The notes beneath the pieces were generated by a model. That model had not been told where the DNA came from. It saw only the letters and a program-made list of their open reading frames with translations, and searched no databases. DNA of 60,280 nt, the filler included, from Globobulimina sp. (lineage: Eukaryota): NCBI GenBank assembly GCA_003354225.1. It is 11 parts of 11 records of this genome, joined end to end, with 100 filler letters (N's around TTAATTAATTAA, not from the genome) between each part and the next. Parts side by side here need not be neighbours in the genome. Positions count along the whole stretch, not along the records: positions 54,899 to 60,280 come from PIVH01000605.1; 10 more parts are not named here. One strand, 5' to 3'. This document shows, piece by piece, positions 60,201 through 60,280 of this stretch (positions are counted from its first letter, which is position 1; the number at the start of each line of letters is the position of its first letter). Position numbers and translations under genes: made by a program.

Positions 60201-60280
60201 TGTTTATACTGCAGATTAGTTGTGGACAGTTTTTGAACTTTTAGTGTCGACTGATAATGAGCCTTAACATAGGCTTTATA

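Overview
AT-rich, intron-containing eukaryotic DNA. It is not a continuous locus: 11 unrelated contigs of 5,382-5,399 bp, sorted by decreasing length, are joined by 100-bp artificial spacers (N44-TTAATTAATTAA-N44). Gene style (7TM-RGS, kelch-like and beta-helix proteins, short AT-rich introns, very short intergenic gaps) suggests a protist, possibly a Reticulomyxa-like foraminiferan/rhizarian; this is inference only. Host genes include OXA1, a DUF389 protein, two MFS transporters, a C-type lectin, a GH38 alpha-mannosidase, PRP4 kinase, an SLC38-like transporter, SRP receptor alpha, a DSD1-like protein, RUVBL1, a Dispatched/Patched-like RND protein, uL6m, 7TM-RGS, WS/DGAT, MGST3, ZFPL1 and a tandem-DOMON protein. 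Three retroelement classes are present: a tyrosine-recombinase (DIRS/Ngaro-like) element, a Ty3/gypsy element and a non-LTR element with a C-terminal RNase H. There are also several MITE-like fold-backs. Best candidates for something undescribed: (1) the YR retrotransposon, whose RT-RNase H and recombinase lie in one frame separated by a single TAA that a host-like intron would remove, which has a DIRS-like internal complementary region and appears inserted in an MFS exon; (2) recurrent self-complementary introns combined with atypical splice signals; (3) a GH38 mannosidase with three tandem H-type-lectin-like domains inserted; (4) a DSD1-family pseudoenzyme. Family assignments come from motif recognition by eye, and intron positions are inferred from frame restoration, not transcripts.
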